From: Raja brachyura
Lineage: Eukaryota
Direction: 5' to 3'
DNA: 64,000 nt
Assembly (NCBI GenBank): GCA_963514005.1
Contig: OY740814.1
Span: 13,950,001 to 14,014,000 of the forward strand
Below the pieces are notes generated by a model, which worked only from the letters and a program-made list of their open reading frames with translations, ran no database searches and had not been told where the DNA came from. Position numbers and translations under genes: made by a program. Within the stretch, counting starts at the first letter, position 1. Every line of letters starts with the position of its first letter. Positions 61,495-64,000 of this stretch are shown here, piece by piece.

Positions 61495-61619
61495 ATCTCT
61501 TCCAATGAGGTCATTCCTATTTTCAATAACACCCCAAGGGGCAATTCCAATTGTACAAATCTTCCGAGAAGATCGTGAAATATGTTCTTTCAGTGCATCA
61601 CCAACGTGTTTCACAACGC
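61495..61619 (-). CDS. TRPM7: TRPM7 exon ~6 (125 nt) [12 protein letters not shown]...DLIGRD
   Basis: cttag acceptor, |gtaagg donor; TIGIAPWG motif. Confidence 0.95.
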
Positions 61620-62552
61620 CTAAGAAGAAGAAATATTCCATTTAACACGACAAAACACCAAATTTAAACTTTTGGTGTGCTGGTTCAGTCCAAGGGACCA
61701 AACAGAGAGACATAGACCCTGCTTATATGGATTCTATTAAATACAAATGTAAACAAATCTATTTCATTCTCTTAGTTTGTTACAGCATGCTACAGTGGGA
61801 TGATAATCCATATTTAGAGTCCTTATTGTAGCATAGATGAATATCCTTGTTATTCGCCCACTTGCCACCTATGGATATGCATACTCATGGGGTCAGTGAA
61901 AAACCCCATCTCAATATTTTTTTGAATAACTATATCTATATACATGCATGCATTAATGAAATAAATCATTGTCTATAAATGAATCAGTTGGCAGACCACT
62001 TATGGCAAGTATCTTGCTGCTGTGCAATGTTTTAATATAGTCTTTGTTTTCCAGGCACAACTTGAGATTTCAAACTAATCTTTGCCTGCAAGTTTCAATG
62101 GAAATAGCTAAGAATAAGCATGTCAGCCGTATAATTTGCAACTATTAATCAAAGCTCGTGGATCCTGCTGTAAATTTTGATGAGTAAAAGATGTTTATTA
62201 AATCAATGACATAACTGAATATTTATTCAATGCACAGTTAACATTAACTTACACACCTGCATTACCTGGAAGCAATGGCCCATTTCAATCATTCTCCAAT
62301 TAGTTAACTCATTGGAATCAAACTTAAAATTATCAAAATTAAAGATAGTCTTTAAAAATGTTTAAGTAAACACACAAAAGTTTGTGATATTGCAAGTATT
62401 TAACAAGTCCCTCACAATTCAGCTAGTCTTCTGATCAAATGTATAAGTTGGTGACAAGTGACACACAGATAGGAAATTTGGCAGAAAATTATTGCTGGGC
62501 AACATCTGATTCAGGATTTAAACTTCAATGCTTCAAAGCTTCTTTGTGTTAC

Positions 62553-62766
62553 CTGCGTTCACCCCTCCAGTTAGAATCCAAGCCCCTGTGGTGACTGCTG
62601 CCTTGATCAAGCCTTTTCCAACAACTTGCTTAATGCGCGGATGGAGTTCAAAGTTTTGCATTCCTCCATGCACAGATATGACAAGTTTAGGTAGCTCCAT
62701 CTGCCATTCTTTCAGCATTAATTTTAAAGCAGCTTCAGGTTTCGTGTCATAGGATAATCGCACATA
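62553..62766 (-). CDS. TRPM7: TRPM7 exon ~5 (214 nt) [11 protein letters not shown]...TGGVNA
   Basis: gcag acceptor, G|gtaaca donor; MHR1 sequence. Confidence 0.95.
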
Positions 62767-62927
62767 CTGCATCAATTCAAAACAAAAGGAAAGTTATTGG
62801 AAAAATGTTTAAACTTCCAACAATATAAATGTTTGTATGAAACACAGGACACACTTGCCATGATAGCACTTCTCCATGTGGCAGTCTTAATCAAATGTTA
62901 ATTATTTCAAAGTAATTCATTACATAT

Positions 62928-63070
62928 ACGGGAAAGCGGGACCACAGAGGAAAAGAATCAAAGATGTTCTCAAAACCTCCTCGGAAAAGCGCAACGATTG
63001 CCACTATCTCCTCGGAATCCCTGGACACGAGCACCCCACGAAGGGGCATTCAGGATGGCACAGAGTATAT
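62928..63070 (+). mobile_element. RTE-clade LINE ORF fragment
   Basis: Decayed G-P-Q-R-K-R-.-K-D-V-L-K-T-S motif typical of the RTE C-terminus. Confidence 0.5.
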
Positions 63071-63230
63071 CCAAAAAGAACCTCAAGGTAAATAGTAGAT
63101 AGCAAGTGACTTAGGACGATGGTATTATTAGCCTCTAGTTTCTAAATAATATTTTGTCCATGGAAATTACACCAAGTCATTTTAAGTTAAATTTAACACA
63201 TTTACAAGGAAGATCGCAAATTTTACAAAC

Positions 63231-63429
63231 CTTGGCCCTATAAGAATGTGACCCTCCCTGAAAATTAATAACTCCATAAGCATCTGTTGGACTCTCATTG
63301 GTGTGTTTCTCCACTGACCATTCTTCTTTCTCCAAGTTTGCAGTTTCACCCAGTTTTATATCGGAGTATTTCATTGCCAGACTTGCAGTGAAGCCAAGGT
63401 GCTGCCGGACCAAACGCCCACAGCAACAC
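63231..63429 (-). CDS. TRPM7: TRPM7 exon ~4 (199 nt) CCCGRLVRQH...GGSHSYRAK
   Basis: ttacag acceptor, AAG|gtttgt donor; translation matches TRPM7 N-terminus. Confidence 0.95.
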
Positions 63430-64000
63430 CTGTAAGGAAGTAGTAGATTGGGAATTATGGATTAGTAAAGTACAACATATAGATTTGTTGTTGGATTAAT
63501 ATCATTGAATTTTGTCAAAGGAGAATACACATTTCCTTGGAAAAGATCCATTTTAAACAGCATTAAATGACAATTATACATTTATGCAAGGGAAACAACA
63601 ATGAACAATATGTACAAGAAAAAATATAGGAATATGGGGAAAATGCTGTGAAATTGGATTGGGATAGATGTTCTGAAGAGGCTTGAACTTTTACAAAAGG
63701 GATAAGCTTCATTGTCATCCTTTCACATTTTTATTCATTTGTATATGAACAAAAAGTATCAACGCATGGTCTTTAACGTACTTTGTATTGTCACGGAAAC
63801 TGAGAGATTTTCAGCACACAATGCTACTACCTGACTTATTATGCCCATGTTAGTCAAAGGTCATGGCGCCTCAAGCCAGGTGCTACTTAAAATACGATTA
63901 GTTTCCTCTCTCTACCACCCATTTGGTTGCCAGTTTAATTGTTACAATACTTCCAAATCCACAGCCAGAAATTTGGAGTTTTGCTCGTACCGTAATGTAA

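Larger units (their letters stand above)
1537..63429 (-). other. TRPM7: TRPM7 channel-kinase gene, 36 coding exons in window (5' exons outside window)
   Basis: Spliced translation gives MHR domains, S1-S6, pore [13 protein letters not shown] box, coiled coil, S/T-rich linker and alpha-kinase ending NSIRLMI*. All exon phases join (5524 nt = 1 + 1841 codons). YAYEID pore and C-terminal RLMx are TRPM7-type rather than TRPM6-type. Confidence 0.97.

Noticed and set aside
1537-63429. Alternative identification as TRPM6
   Set aside because: YAYEID pore, exon-26 motifs ([17 protein letters not shown]), small linker exons and the RLMI C-terminus fit TRPM7

Overview
Eukaryotic (vertebrate) genomic DNA, AT-rich and repeat-dense. 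The repeat set (HER1/CR1-type LINEs, HE1-like tRNA SINEs, Penelope-like elements) suggests an elasmobranch (shark/skate/ray); that is inference. Almost the whole window is one minus-strand gene, the TRPM7 channel-kinase. I mapped 36 coding exons (equivalent to human exons 4-39, numbering from recall of the human gene) from 63429 down to the TAG at 1537-1539. They total 5524 nt and join in one unbroken frame; the first exons lie beyond the right edge. Introns hold two Tc1 transposons, hAT, Harbinger, Tigger and Tc2-type MITEs, a Helitron, a near-intact CR1, a decayed L1 and many Penelope-derived repeats with hammerhead-ribozyme cores. Best leads: (1) a 217-codon open extension past the exon-26 donor, with an in-frame alternative donor (a Cys-rich 142-aa insert) or a kinase-less isoform; (2) an extra 54-nt cassette exon; (3) a GC-AG intron; (4) a MITE that closely resembles mammalian MER47/Tigger5, a horizontal-transfer candidate; (5) a fold-back, ribozyme-bearing Penelope insertion next to a splice donor. 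No prokaryotic systems or CRISPR arrays were seen.
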